DNA of 64,000 bases from Halobacteriovoraceae bacterium (GCA_963719505.1 CAVRCF010000004.1:160001-224000); one strand, 5' to 3'. Shown: positions 40,506-51,348, counted from the first letter of the stretch. Numbers and translations: made by a program. The notes: generated by a model from the letters alone, not told the origin.

Positions 40506-41509
40506 TTTTTCTCCCCGAAAAATGCCATAGGATTATCACCCATGATTGTCTCGTATGATCTTTTAAGTAAAGACTCTTTGAATGGCAGATCATCTGCAAG
40601 GGGGAGTTGGGAGACAAACATAATTCTTCTAAAGACTTCCACCGCTGCAAGTTTTAAAGTTAAGTTTTGGTCAAATGGTCCGTAGCTTGTGCAAAGGGCA
40701 TTAAAGACTGTCTCTCCCTGAGAGCACATCTCCAAATGAGCGATAAAAACAGACAGGTCAAATTCCGCGATACCATAAAAAGCAAACTCAGGATCTATAA
40801 CAAAGAGACCTTTTTGAGTTTTTAACCAACTTCGAGGATAGTAGTCTCCGTGAATAAGCGTTTGAGTCTCTCTCCAATAAAGTTCCTTTAATTGTTTGAC
40901 TCTTTTATTCAATTCTTTGTCTTTTTTATAGATCGAGCAGATGTCTTTTAGACCAGGAGTGACTTCATCCAGATTGATAGATGTGTTGAGTTGATCAAAG
41001 GGCAAATCGAAAATATAGTCTGAATTCAATTTTCTCATTTGTGTATTCTTAAACTCGGATTCCCTTGGAATTTTTATCCCATGAAGATCTCGAAGGTAGC
41101 TAATTAATTTTGCAAGATCCTCTTTTGACAGAATTTCCCCTGAATATAAGTTCTCGAAATCAGTGCCCCTTCCAAGATCCGACATGTAGAGAATCAGCTG
41201 GTCTTGATCGAAGCCCAAAATCTTTGGTGAGAAGGTTTGGAGATTTTCGGTTTTATTTATTTGTTGGTAGTACTTCAGCTCACTATTAATTCGCTGTTCA
41301 GGAGCTGGAATACTTGGAAATTTTGCACAATACGGGGGGGACTGTTTCATAATGACGCTTTCGCCATTAGGGCCATTAACGCGAAAAGCGTAGTTCATAT
41401 TTCCCTCGCCCGCACTTTCAAATGAAGTGACTTGGAAGTCACTTCCAGTCGTTTTGTTTAGATGAGACTGGACTTGTTCTAGTGTCCACTTGTTTATGTA
41501 GGTTTTCAT
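40502..41509 (-). CDS. 5-methylthioribose kinase-like phosphotransferase (APH/MtnK family)
   Basis: GEGNMNY, KQSPPY, LIHGD, IDPEFAFYG..FD. Confidence 0.8.
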   Translation of the reverse strand: MKTYINKWTLEQVQSHLNKTTGSDFQVTSFESAGEGNMNYAFRVNGPNGESVIMKQSPPYCAKFPSIPAPEQRINSELKYYQQINKTENLQTFSPKILGFDQDQLILYMSDLGRGTDFENLYSGEILSKEDLAKLISYLRDLHGIKIPRESEFKNTQMRKLNSDYIFDLPFDQLNTSINLDEVTPGLKDICSIYKKDKELNKRVKQLKELYWRETQTLIHGDYYPRSWLKTQKGLFVIDPEFAFYGIAEFDLSVFIAHLEMCSQGETVFNALCTSYGPFDQNLTLKLAAVEVFRRIMFVSQLPLADDLPFKESLLKRSYETIMGDNPMAFFGEKK

Positions 41510-42231
41510 GGGCAACTCCATTGTTGCTCAATGAGGTTTGTTTTATTTTGAGTGATATTCCATATTTTCGTACAGTAGCTTCCTGCAAAAAAGGCATCTG
41601 GCTTAAAACTCTTTTTGCAATCTACACTCTCTTTTAGCCTGATCGCTTTACTAATGTCTTGGGGATCCAACAGTTCAATATTCCACTTTCCTGACTCGGT
41701 GATACTCATAGAGAAGTCTTTATTCTCAAAGTCACTTGTCAGATACACTTTGGAGTTTTTTATAAAAAGTGGTTGATCCCCATAGGGTAAACTATAGGTC
41801 ATTCCGGTGTCGTGATTTTTAACCTTAGGTAATATGATCGCCGCGCTTTTTGGATCATTTCTTAAAAATAATATTCCTTTGTCGATTTTCTCTTTTGAGG
41901 CTTTGGGGTTGTGAAATTCACATCTAGAATTATATAAAATGGGATCAAGAGTTTTCGATTCACCTTCTTTCACCAAAAACTGCACAGGAAGACCGTACTT
42001 TCTCTTAAAAGCTTTAAGGCTTTTGATATCAGCTTTTGATGAATTCCACGTCAAAATCTTTTTACCATTTTCAGCCGAACAAAAAGAGTTCTCAAGACAG
42101 CCAGGATTTTCGTGAATCAAGTCCATATAGCTCACATCTTTCTTTGTTTTAAGCTTATTTACGTGTTTATCGCTAAAATTTTGGGCACTTAGGGTAGTTA
42201 TCCAGAATGTTAAAAGTAGGAGGAATTTCAT
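41506..42231 (-). CDS. Hypothetical secreted Cys-containing protein, first gene of the kinase/ABC operon
   Basis: Signal peptide MKFLLLLTFWITTLSA; six Cys; ATGA overlap with the kinase gene. Confidence 0.65.
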   Translation of the reverse strand: MKFLLLLTFWITTLSAQNFSDKHVNKLKTKKDVSYMDLIHENPGCLENSFCSAENGKKILTWNSSKADIKSLKAFKRKYGLPVQFLVKEGESKTLDPILYNSRCEFHNPKASKEKIDKGILFLRNDPKSAAIILPKVKNHDTGMTYSLPYGDQPLFIKNSKVYLTSDFENKDFSMSITESGKWNIELLDPQDISKAIRLKESVDCKKSFKPDAFFAGSYCTKIWNITQNKTNLIEQQWSCP

Positions 42232-42328
42232 AAAAAAATATTAGCACAAATGTGGGCAATTAATGAACTCAGGCTTTCATATAATTTCATAGACTTCCGT
42301 CAAAAAGGCGCCATATTTTAAGGTGGAT

Positions 42329-42385
42329 ACACTATATATTGTGGTTGTCAGAAAATTGACGATTAAAAACCACAAGATATTGTGT
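42329..42385 (+). promoter_or_regulatory. Tandem NrdR boxes
   Basis: ACACTATATATTGTGG (42329-42344) and CCACAAGATATTGTGT (42370-42385) match acaCwAtATaTwGtg; second box abuts TTGACG-N17-TTTAAT. Confidence 0.88.
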
Positions 42386-42464
42386 TGACGTGAGTGAGAA
42401 ACAGGAATTTAATACTAATATATCTTTTCATTAAGTTGGATGACAAAACTAAGGAGTAGTTGCT

Positions 42465-45400
42465 GTGAAGATTAAGAGACTATACACAAAAAAAGGAAAA
42501 AACGCCTACCAAAGCCTCAGCTTTGAAAAACGAGTGAGCGAGGTAAAGAACGTCGATGGTTCTAGTTCAGGGACTCAATCTGTTACTGTCCCTAAGTTTT
42601 GGTCTCAAGTTGCCACTGATATAATTGCTCAAAAATATTTTAGAAGAACTGGCGTCCCTCAAAAAAATGAAAAAGGTGAAGCGATCCTTGATCAAAGTGG
42701 AAACCCTATCTTAGGTGGAGAGACTGATTCAAGAGAAGTCTTTGATAGGCTCTCAGGTTGTTGGAGAACGTGGGGGGAGAATTATAATTATTTCGATTCA
42801 AAAGAAGACGCTGATGCCTTTGAGGATGAGCTTAAATATATGCTTGCCAATCAAATGGCTGCTCCAAACTCACCTCAGTGGTTTAACACGGGTCTTCACT
42901 CATCATACGGGATTAAGGGAAAGCCACAGGGACATCACTTTGTGGATCCAAGTTCTGGAAAAATAGAAAATTCAACTTCAGCCTATGAAAGACCTCAGCC
43001 TCATGCTTGCTTTATTCAATCGATAAATGACGACCTGGTAAACGATGGCGGTATTATGGATCTTTGGAGTAGAGAAGCTAGGCTTTTTAAATTCGGATCT
43101 GGAACGGGAACAAACTTCTCTAATATTCGCTCTGAGGGTGAACCTCTCTCAGGTGGTGGAAGATCATCAGGTCTTATGAGCTTTCTAAAAATTGGTGACA
43201 GAGCTGCTGGTGCGATTAAATCTGGTGGGACTACTAGAAGAGCAGCAAAAATGGTTTGTCTTGATCTCGATCATCCAGACATTGTCGATTTTATCCAGTG
43301 GAAGGTTAAAGAAGAGAGAAAAGTCGCATCACTCGTTACCGGAAGTAAGGTTTGTAAAAAGCATCTGCAGTTGATTTTTAAAGCGATGAATGAGTCTGAA
43401 CTCTCTGGTGATGCAAAATTTTCGGGTAAGACAAATAAAGAACTAGCAATTGCTATTCGAGGTGCAAATAACGATCTGGTTCCGATGAACTATATTTCAC
43501 GATGCATCGATTTGGCCAAGCAGGGATTTAGTGATATTGAATTTGAAGTTTACGATACAGATTGGAATTCTGAGGCTTATGCAACAGTAGCTGGTCAAAA
43601 CTCTAACAACTCCATAAGAATACCAAACAAATTTTTTAAGGCCCTTGAGACCGAAGACGAGTGGGAATTCATCTCAAGAACAACCGGTAAGACTGTAAAG
43701 ACTCTAAAAGCAACTGAGCTTTGGGAGATGATTAGTGAATCAGCTTGGCAATGTGCTGACCCAGGAGTTCAATTTGACGATACAATTAATGAATGGCACA
43801 CGTGTCCAGCAGATGGAAGAATAAACGCTTCTAACCCTTGTTCTGAATATATGTTTTTAGATGATACAGCCTGCAACTTAGCTTCACTAAACCTGGTGAA
43901 GTTTATGGATCCTGTGACGAACATGTTTGATATCGAAAGCTATATCCATGCCTGTGAAGTGTGGACGATGGTGCTTGAGATATCTGTTCTTATGGCCCAG
44001 TTTCCATCGAAAGAGATCGCATTGAGATCTTTTCAGTACAGAACACTTGGACTAGGTTTTGCTAACATCGGTGCTCTTCTTATGTTGATGGGCCACGCCT
44101 ACGATTCTGAAGAAGGAAGAAATATTGCGGCAAGTTTGACGGCCATAATGGGGGGAACAACTTATAAGGTTTCTGCTATGATGGCCAAAGAGCATGGAGC
44201 CTTTGAAAGGTTTGATGCTAACAAAGAGCATATGCTTAGGGTTATTAAAAATCATAGAAGAGCTGTATACGCAGCAACAGATTATGAAGGTCTTACTATC
44301 AATCCTGTACCACTTGATAAAAAACACGCTCCAAAATTTATGTTGGAAGCTGCTAAAAAACAGTGGGACGAGGCTTTAAAACTTGGTGAAAAACACGGTT
44401 ATAGAAATGCTCAGACTACAGTTATAGCTCCAACAGGAACAATTGGTCTGGTCATGGATTGTGATACCACTGGTATTGAGCCTGACTTTGCTTTGGTTAA
44501 GTTTAAAAAATTAGCAGGGGGAGGGTATTTTAAAATTATCAACCAATCAGTTCCTCCGGCACTTAAAAATCTTGGTTATACGAAAGATCAAATTAAAGAT
44601 ATTGAAAACTTTGCTGTTGGTCACGCAACAATGGTTGGATGCCCAACAATTGATCATAAAAAGCTCAGAGACGCGGGGTTTACTGATGAGATTATTTCCA
44701 AAGTAGAGAACTCCCTAGAGTCGGCATTTGATATTACTTTTGCTTTTTCAAGGTATACCGTGGGAGATGACTTTCTTTTGAAAACTCTTAAACTTCCCAT
44801 TGAAAAGGTAGAGAGTTTTGAATTAAATATCCTCAAAGAAGCTGGCTTTTCCGACAACGATATTAAAGTGGCCAATGACTATGTCTGCGGAACAATGACA
44901 GTTGAAGGGGCTCCTCATCTTGAAGATAAGCATTTATCTGTTTTTGATTGTGCTAATAAGTGTGGAAGAACAGGGAAAAGATTAATAGCAGCTTCAGGAC
45001 ATATTAGAATGATGGCCGCATGTCAGCCTTATCTTTCCGGTGCAATCTCAAAAACGATCAATATGCCAAATGATGCAAGTATTGAAGATATCTCTGAAGC
45101 TTATAAACTTTCTTGGTCTTTAATGACAAAAGCTAATGCCATTTACAGAGATGGCTCAAAACTATCTCAACCACTAAATGCTCAAGCTTTTGAAGACTTG
45201 GGCTTAATGGAATCTTTTGATGATTTATCTCAAAATGAAAAGGTAACCACAGTTGCACAGAAGCTAGTGGAGAAAGTCATTTACAAAGAGATTTCTAAGC
45301 GAAGATCTCTTCCAAATAGAAGAATTGGCTATACGCAAAAGGCAAGCGTAGGTGGACACAAAGTTTATCTTAGAACTGGCCAATATGACGATGGCTCTTT

Positions 45401-45959
45401 AGGTGAGATTTTTATCGATATGCATAAGGAGGGTGCTGCTTATCGTTCACTAATGAACTGCTTTTCGATAGCGGTTTCTTTAGGGATGCAATATGGAGTT
45501 CCTCTTGAAGAGTATGTAGAGGCATTTACTTTCACAAAATTTGAACCAAATGGAATGGTTGTGGGCCACGATAATTTAAAAATGGCCACATCCGTAATAG
45601 ACTACGTCTTTAGAGATCTTGCTTGCAAGTATTTAGGTCGACACGATCTTGTCCATGTAAAACCCACAGATCTTGAAAGCGATAAAATCTCTGGAGAGTC
45701 AAAGGATGATGAGCCTCTACTTGCCATGATTGAAGGTGAAACTTCCGTTGAACATGCTGATGGAAGCCGAGTGAGTACGCAAAAGGTTTTTTCAAGACAA
45801 GCAGACTCAGAGATGTTTTCACAAGCAAAAAAAATGAGTGAAGCTAAAATGAAAGGCTATGAAGGCGAATCTTGCCCAGAGTGCACCTCATTTACAATGT
45901 TAAGAAATGGAAGCTGTATGAAATGTGACACATGCGGAGCAACGACCGGATGCTCATAG
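42465..45959 (+). CDS. nrdJ: Class II (B12-dependent) ribonucleotide reductase
   Basis: [37 protein letters not shown]-terminal CPEC..CDTCG. Confidence 0.96.
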   Translation: MKIKRLYTKKGKNAYQSLSFEKRVSEVKNVDGSSSGTQSVTVPKFWSQVATDIIAQKYFRRTGVPQKNEKGEAILDQSGNPILGGETDSREVFDRLSGCWRTWGENYNYFDSKEDADAFEDELKYMLANQMAAPNSPQWFNTGLHSSYGIKGKPQGHHFVDPSSGKIENSTSAYERPQPHACFIQSINDDLVNDGGIMDLWSREARLFKFGSGTGTNFSNIRSEGEPLSGGGRSSGLMSFLKIGDRAAGAIKSGGTTRRAAKMVCLDLDHPDIVDFIQWKVKEERKVASLVTGSKVCKKHLQLIFKAMNESELSGDAKFSGKTNKELAIAIRGANNDLVPMNYISRCIDLAKQGFSDIEFEVYDTDWNSEAYATVAGQNSNNSIRIPNKFFKALETEDEWEFISRTTGKTVKTLKATELWEMISESAWQCADPGVQFDDTINEWHTCPADGRINASNPCSEYMFLDDTACNLASLNLVKFMDPVTNMFDIESYIHACEVWTMVLEISVLMAQFPSKEIALRSFQYRTLGLGFANIGALLMLMGHAYDSEEGRNIAASLTAIMGGTTYKVSAMMAKEHGAFERFDANKEHMLRVIKNHRRAVYAATDYEGLTINPVPLDKKHAPKFMLEAAKKQWDEALKLGEKHGYRNAQTTVIAPTGTIGLVMDCDTTGIEPDFALVKFKKLAGGGYFKIINQSVPPALKNLGYTKDQIKDIENFAVGHATMVGCPTIDHKKLRDAGFTDEIISKVENSLESAFDITFAFSRYTVGDDFLLKTLKLPIEKVESFELNILKEAGFSDNDIKVANDYVCGTMTVEGAPHLEDKHLSVFDCANKCGRTGKRLIAASGHIRMMAACQPYLSGAISKTINMPNDASIEDISEAYKLSWSLMTKANAIYRDGSKLSQPLNAQAFEDLGLMESFDDLSQNEKVTTVAQKLVEKVIYKEISKRRSLPNRRIGYTQKASVGGHKVYLRTGQYDDGSLGEIFIDMHKEGAAYRSLMNCFSIAVSLGMQYGVPLEEYVEAFTFTKFEPNGMVVGHDNLKMATSVIDYVFRDLACKYLGRHDLVHVKPTDLESDKISGESKDDEPLLAMIEGETSVEHADGSRVSTQKVFSRQADSEMFSQAKKMSEAKMKGYEGESCPECTSFTMLRNGSCMKCDTCGATTGCS

Positions 45960-46064
45960 AATAAAGTAATTGGTACTACTTATCCTGCACGAGAATAATC
46001 CTGCACACACACAATGTTAAAGGTTATTACTCAACTTCAAATTTCGGTTTGATGAAAATAATGT

Positions 46065-46090
46065 GGGGGGCGAATGTCCCCCTTTTATTT
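46065..46090 (+). terminator. Intrinsic terminator after nrdJ
   Basis: GGGGGGC-GAAT-GTCCCCC plus TTTTATTT. Confidence 0.75.
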
Positions 46091-46424
46091 AACACTCGCA
46101 TTCATATTTGAAAATATCATCATTATCAATACAGACATTTCCTTTATCCTGAAGACATCGCGTAAATTTAAAGTAGAGATCTTCACACTCGTTAATCGTA
46201 ATATAGTTTTCGTAAACTCGTTGGTCATTTTTATCAAAGGTGTCTAGTTTCTGAATGAAAGACTGGCAATCGAGTTTCGTGTAATTTGCATTTGAAGATG
46301 TCTGAGTTATTTTGAAAATGGAGTCGTATTGATCGACCTTAACCATGTGATCATAACTATACTGAAATCCGTACGCAGGTAGGAGAATAAGTGACACTAC
46401 CATTACTTTAAAAGTTTTTGACAT
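46089..46424 (-). CDS. Small secreted Cys-containing hypothetical protein
   Basis: Signal peptide; six Cys. Confidence 0.6.
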   Translation of the reverse strand: MSKTFKVMVVSLILLPAYGFQYSYDHMVKVDQYDSIFKITQTSSNANYTKLDCQSFIQKLDTFDKNDQRVYENYITINECEDLYFKFTRCLQDKGNVCIDNDDIFKYECEC

Positions 46425-46484
46425 GCCCCTTTATCGGAAGATTTTGGTGTGGAGCTGATCTAAGTTTTTTTCGAGGTAAAAATT

Positions 46485-46505
46485 GCCCCTCTTTTTAAGA
46501 GGGGC
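46485..46505. terminator. Hairpin downstream of the DUF481 gene
   Basis: GCCCCTCTT-TTT-AAGAGGGGC. Confidence 0.7.
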
Positions 46506-46512
46506 TGTATAT

Positions 46513-47235
46513 TTAGAACTTTGCGATAAGTGATGTCGTATATGTCCAGTCTAGGTACTCTTCGGCACCTGGGTTGAGTTCATTATCATAACGTCCAGTA
46601 TAAGCTAGGCTCAACGAGAAAGTTTGTGATAGAGTCACGTTTAAAGATGGCTCAAAATTGATTTGATAGTCTTCACCGCGAGTAAAGTTTGGAAGGAATC
46701 TTACCCAAAATTTATAGTTAACATTTTCATTTAAAACTTGTTCCCACTCAATATAAGCGTTTCCTTTGGTGTCATTTCTAACGGTACCATTTTCAGTTTC
46801 TGTATCAGTAGTTTGTTCAATGGTGTATCGAAGACCAAGTTCTGTTGCAAGCTTTTTAGCATCTGTGTCTATCCATTGATATCTCGCACCACCATCGTAG
46901 TTTTGTCTTTGCTTATAACCTGCAAACTCATTTCCTTCGAACTGAGCCCCAACGAATGCTCCAAGCTTTTTAGTAATATCGTGAGCATATTTTGTGAAAA
47001 CATCCCAGTTTCTAACAGTCTCAGTGCTGTCCGAGCCTTCAGTTCCCAAAGTATAATGTCCACCAAAAGTTACGGCCTCTTTTTCCCATTTCTTTTTTGA
47101 TTCAGTTTTTAAGTTGTAAGTTTCTGTCTCTGTGTTACCGCCAGTTTTAATAACTGAAAGTCCTGTCTCGTTTGTAAATTTTGCAATGGCATGAGTGCTC
47201 AAGGCGATCATACAAATAATCACTAATTTGTTCAT
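46513..47235 (-). CDS. DUF481-family outer-membrane beta-barrel protein
   Basis: Signal peptide, TGGNTET, beta strands, terminal F; AAGGAG RBS. Confidence 0.75.
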   Translation of the reverse strand: MNKLVIICMIALSTHAIAKFTNETGLSVIKTGGNTETETYNLKTESKKKWEKEAVTFGGHYTLGTEGSDSTETVRNWDVFTKYAHDITKKLGAFVGAQFEGNEFAGYKQRQNYDGGARYQWIDTDAKKLATELGLRYTIEQTTDTETENGTVRNDTKGNAYIEWEQVLNENVNYKFWVRFLPNFTRGEDYQINFEPSLNVTLSQTFSLSLAYTGRYDNELNPGAEEYLDWTYTTSLIAKF

Positions 47236-47310
47236 TTTTGCTCCTTAAAATTTTTGAATGATAATACTAGAATGGTAGACTTAATGTGGCAAAGAAAAAA
47301 TGAGGAGTTT

Positions 47311-47946
47311 ATGGAAGCAAAATTTTGGTTAAATAAATGGGATAAAAAAGAGATTGGTTTTCATTATAGCGAGCCAAACCCTCTGTTGATCGACCATTTT
47401 AAAAAGCTTGGGATAGATGAGGGTGACAAGATACTTTTGCCCTTATGCGGCAAGACCGCAGATCTCCTCTGGCTAATGAAGCAAAATGTTTCTGTCTTTG
47501 GAGTGGAGCTCTCAGAGACGGCCATTAAAGAATTCTTTATTGAAAACGAGCTTCAATATCAAACTGAAAACGATAAAGGTTTCACCGTCTACTTTGGTGA
47601 GAATATTAGAATTTATCATGGTGACTTTTTCACATTTCATAACGAAATAAATTTAAAATTTAAAGCGATCTATGATCGAGCTTCCTTAGTCGCTTTACCT
47701 GAAAAAATGCGACTCAACTATTTTAGAGAAATAAAAAAACTTTTGGAAGATAAGGGACACTATTTCCTTATAAGTTTTGAGTATGATCAAGAGGCAATGT
47801 CTGGACCCCCTTTTTGTGTTGATAAAAATGAAGTTGTAAGAAACCTTGATTTTAAACTTTTAGAAGAAGAAAGATCTCTCAATAAACAGATGAGCCAAAG
47901 AACAAAGACAGATTTTCTTACCTGTTACTACCTCTTTGAAAAGTAG
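47311..47946 (+). CDS. tpm: Thiopurine S-methyltransferase family protein
   Basis: FW..KW...IGFH, LPLCGK, YDRASLVALP, GPPF; GAGGAG RBS. Confidence 0.9.
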   Translation: MEAKFWLNKWDKKEIGFHYSEPNPLLIDHFKKLGIDEGDKILLPLCGKTADLLWLMKQNVSVFGVELSETAIKEFFIENELQYQTENDKGFTVYFGENIRIYHGDFFTFHNEINLKFKAIYDRASLVALPEKMRLNYFREIKKLLEDKGHYFLISFEYDQEAMSGPPFCVDKNEVVRNLDFKLLEEERSLNKQMSQRTKTDFLTCYYLFEK

Positions 47947-48188
47947 TCTCTCAATCTTCTTAAAAGCGACTTTCGTGGATAAATCTTAATCCAATACTTG
48001 TGTTTTTCTTGTGTTATTACTTTAACCTTTTTCTCACGAACAAGTTCACTCAATGCCCTTTCGAGGTCTTCAATGGTGTCGTCTTTATTTGTTAAGAGGT
48101 ACTCAGAGCTTATGTCGAGGTAGATCATCTCCATGTTCATGGGTTCTATAAAGGAGAGAGTTCTTTGTAATTCTGTTTTTAGTTTCAT
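47928..48188 (-). CDS. Small hypothetical protein (possible winged-helix)
   Basis: DLERALSELVREKKV..W pattern. Confidence 0.5.
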   Translation of the reverse strand: MKLKTELQRTLSFIEPMNMEMIYLDISSEYLLTNKDDTIEDLERALSELVREKKVKVITQEKHKYWIKIYPRKSLLRRLRDYFSKR

Positions 48189-48254
48189 TGTTAACCAAGC
48201 AGTGCGTCTTGTCGTTTTTTGGGGTCGATATATTGTATTAGAAAGGAGATCAAT

Positions 48255-48695
48255 ATGAAAGTATTTGGACTAATGATTATATTATGTGGAACCGTTTTTG
48301 CCTCACAAGCGAAAGCTGATAGCTGTAGGGCATTTTTAAAAAATGGACAAGGATACATCCTAGAGACTTTTAATGTTAATGGATACAATCGAGCTGAAGC
48401 ATGCCAAATCGCTTCACAGACTTGTCAAAGGGCCCTTCGAAATGGACCTTATTCTGGAAGCGGTTTAAGATGTGAAGTTGAAGGTGTTCAAAATCCAGGC
48501 TATATTGTTCGTTCCTGCCAAGTCGTACTTGAGGATAACTTTGGTCGAGGGATTCGTGGGTTTTTAGGCCAAGCGAGAGGTCGAAGCCATGCTGAGGCAT
48601 ACCAAGCAGCTTGTCGTGATGGTCTCAGAGATTGCCACTTTTATAGAAATCGTTATGGTTATCGCTTTTACAATTGTAGAGTGAGACCTTACTAA
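48255..48695 (+). CDS. Secreted protein with two Cys-rich internal repeats
   Basis: Signal peptide; C..L...G..(L/I)..F...G....AC.....C occurs twice; AAGGAG RBS. Confidence 0.7.
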   Translation: MKVFGLMIILCGTVFASQAKADSCRAFLKNGQGYILETFNVNGYNRAEACQIASQTCQRALRNGPYSGSGLRCEVEGVQNPGYIVRSCQVVLEDNFGRGIRGFLGQARGRSHAEAYQAACRDGLRDCHFYRNRYGYRFYNCRVRPY

Positions 48696-50119
48696 TAGGG
48701 TTGGATATCAAATCCTACACTAAATGCCTTGTCATGGGTGTAGGATTTAATTGTAGCTTTATATTGTGAATTAATTTCTAGATCTTTGTCCACTATGACG
48801 AGATTCTCTATTTCATCTCTTAGATTTCTTTTCAGTTCGTTTTCAATTCTTTTAGAAAGAATACTTAAGGGAAGTCTTGTTTTGGGAATAAATCGGGACC
48901 ATTTCAAGTAAGCTCTCCCAGTAATTGAGTTGATCTTAAAGTCTTCAAAATTTAAGACAAGGCCTTTGGGACTTAAGGCAATTTTAAAATCGAGAGTAGA
49001 GCGAATTCCTAATTCATCACCATTGAAATAAATATGAGGATACTGTTTGGTTAAAACGCGAGCTGATAAGTTTAGTTCGATCTTGATCTTGTCTTGATCA
49101 TAATCCACTTTCATTTTTTTACGAGGTGTTATCCAAAGAAGAGCATTGATGTCCCTACCTAAAAATGAGACATTGATGTCTTGTCCGTCTTGACCTTCTT
49201 TATAACCGAGACAAAGAAGGGGCTCTTTGATCTGTGAGTTAACGATGACTTCATTGAGGGTGAGATTGTCTAAAATTGTCTCAAAGATGGAGTGATCAAT
49301 CTCTATGTTCCCTTTGTCTTCAAGCTCACTTGCGCATTCATGAACGGCAAAATCATTGTGGAAAATGGGATCGACTTTTATAGAGAGCTCTCTTTGTGAA
49401 AGTTCAATCTGGTTTATATCAAAACTTATAGTTGAAGCCAGATTAGGTAGAAACCTTTTTCTAGAAATATTATCTCTGATACTTTGATTTAATTGTGTCT
49501 GGGCACTTTTGATGATCTCAGAGTTATTAATCCAGTCCGCCATAAAATTATTTATGGCGATTTTTATCATTTGATCAACTTCTCTTTGTGAAAAGATATT
49601 ATCTAAAATATATCTTAGGGTCGAACCAATGCCATCTCTTGCAGTAATCTTTATATTTTCAAATTTAAAATTTTGAGAGCCTTGGTGAACGATCTTAAAC
49701 TCTTGTCCACCGACAACAGCAATGGAAGAGGAAGCCTTGAGTATGGTGTTGAGCTCAGCTTTAAAATACTCATCGTGAGTGATCTCCACACCAAACTGTT
49801 TGAATTTAAATCTTATTTTAAATAAAAAGTTGGCCGTTGCATCTTCTAATTTCCATTTGAGATCAACGTTTTGACTATTATTGAATTGAACGTAAAAAAG
49901 TGGGCGCTTTATTGGGGCTAAAACTAAGACTCCATTTTCGATTGAATATGAGATGGAATTTGAAAATGTGCTTTTACTTTTATCAACACTATATTGATAG
50001 TCAATGGTACTCCAAAGAGGATCAATTAAGTTATTAATGAGATCATCACTGAGATGAGTTTTGATATTTATTGTTCCAGCTAAAGAGCTAAGAGAGAATA
50101 GAAAGAAAAGAATTTTCAT
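48692..50119 (-). CDS. Hypothetical secreted protein
   Basis: Signal peptide MKILFFLFSLSSLA; 475-aa ORF. Confidence 0.7.
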   Translation of the reverse strand: MKILFFLFSLSSLAGTINIKTHLSDDLINNLIDPLWSTIDYQYSVDKSKSTFSNSISYSIENGVLVLAPIKRPLFYVQFNNSQNVDLKWKLEDATANFLFKIRFKFKQFGVEITHDEYFKAELNTILKASSSIAVVGGQEFKIVHQGSQNFKFENIKITARDGIGSTLRYILDNIFSQREVDQMIKIAINNFMADWINNSEIIKSAQTQLNQSIRDNISRKRFLPNLASTISFDINQIELSQRELSIKVDPIFHNDFAVHECASELEDKGNIEIDHSIFETILDNLTLNEVIVNSQIKEPLLCLGYKEGQDGQDINVSFLGRDINALLWITPRKKMKVDYDQDKIKIELNLSARVLTKQYPHIYFNGDELGIRSTLDFKIALSPKGLVLNFEDFKINSITGRAYLKWSRFIPKTRLPLSILSKRIENELKRNLRDEIENLVIVDKDLEINSQYKATIKSYTHDKAFSVGFDIQPY

Positions 50120-50145
50120 CTACTTAGTATAGAGATGAAAGGCGG

Positions 50146-50763
50146 TTAAATCAAAGTTTTAAGTTTGTCGAAATACAGTGGTCCAAGCTTATGACCAATT
50201 TTGTCAATCTTTATAAATTCACCCTTTGAATTAAGCATTTCAAACTGTGTTTGTGCCTCTTCTGGACTAACAATTCCATCTTCCACAGAATGGACTTGAG
50301 AGTAGGTGATATCTCTCTTTTCAAAGTATTTATTTCTAAAAATGCAAGCAAGACCTATGACTTTATCAACACGTTGGCACAATTGGGCTACTTTTGGTGC
50401 TAGAAAGCCTCCTTGTGAGTAGCCGATTATAGTCACCGGAAGCTCTTTATTAAACTGATCGAGAAGATCGCTTAAAAACCTTGCTGCTGGTTCAAGACCG
50501 ACAAAAAACTTTTTTTCTTTTGGCTCTAAAAAATACCAAGAGTAGCGAGCAAAAAAAGTATCTCCTTTTTTATGAGGAATAAGAAAAGGTGCGTTCGGTG
50601 AAATGATAAGAGCATCATTCGGTAGGTACTGCTTAAGAGTATCAATCATAAATTTACCATCGAGCATATAGCCGTGGAGAAGGAGGTAGATTCTCTTTGG
50701 GTCCTCACATTCATTGGTGTGAAATTGGCAATCAAGGTGCAAGGGTAAATTAATTGTCTTCAT
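50146..50763 (-). CDS. Alpha/beta hydrolase (phospholipase/carboxylesterase type)
   Basis: LLHGY, GYSQGG, HS..D.IV, GHK. Confidence 0.85.
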   Translation of the reverse strand: MKTINLPLHLDCQFHTNECEDPKRIYLLLHGYMLDGKFMIDTLKQYLPNDALIISPNAPFLIPHKKGDTFFARYSWYFLEPKEKKFFVGLEPAARFLSDLLDQFNKELPVTIIGYSQGGFLAPKVAQLCQRVDKVIGLACIFRNKYFEKRDITYSQVHSVEDGIVSPEEAQTQFEMLNSKGEFIKIDKIGHKLGPLYFDKLKTLI

Positions 50764-51262
50764 TTTTTCTCGTAAAGTCAGCTTCAACAACATTGTCTAT
50801 ATTTTCTGTTTTGTTTTCTGGATACTCATTATTTTCGAAAGGGTTTCTTTTTTGTTCAAATGGATTGGGTTTACCGGTAAAGATGTGGACATTACCACTT
50901 TTGACCCCTTTCATAATAATGTCTTTTGCAAAGATGAGAATAATATGGCGAGTTCCTGGAAACACCATACAGATTCCCAGAATATCAGTGATAAATCCTG
51001 GAGTGAGAAGAAGAAGGCCTCCACCAAAAACTAAAAGGCCATGAAAGATCTGATCCGCTGGAAGCTTACCTGTGTTGAGATCGGATTGAATCCTTTGAAG
51101 AATTTGAATTCCCTGTCCTTTTGCAAGGGCCGCTCCGACGACGCCTGTGACAATAACAATCATAAAGGTATTAAAGGCCCCAATTTGTCCACCGACTTCA
51201 ATAAACAGAAAGATCTCAAGCGCCGGAATAACGGTAAAGAGAAGCAAAAGTATTAAAAACAT
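50750..51262 (-). CDS. fxsA: FxsA family membrane protein
   Basis: IPALEI, TGVVG, GGLLLLTPGFITD. Confidence 0.92.
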   Translation of the reverse strand: MFLILLLLFTVIPALEIFLFIEVGGQIGAFNTFMIVIVTGVVGAALAKGQGIQILQRIQSDLNTGKLPADQIFHGLLVFGGGLLLLTPGFITDILGICMVFPGTRHIILIFAKDIIMKGVKSGNVHIFTGKPNPFEQKRNPFENNEYPENKTENIDNVVEADFTRKNEDN

Positions 51263-51348
51263 AATTCATCCTAATTTTAAATGCTTATACCATGTAAAAC
51301 ATGCAATTACGATTGTCTAGAGGTGACTAAAAAGTTACAAAACGCATT

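Noticed and set aside
45982..46006. ATCCTGCAC direct repeat after nrdJ
   Set aside because: Only two 9-bp copies in a 3' UTR; no supporting structure.
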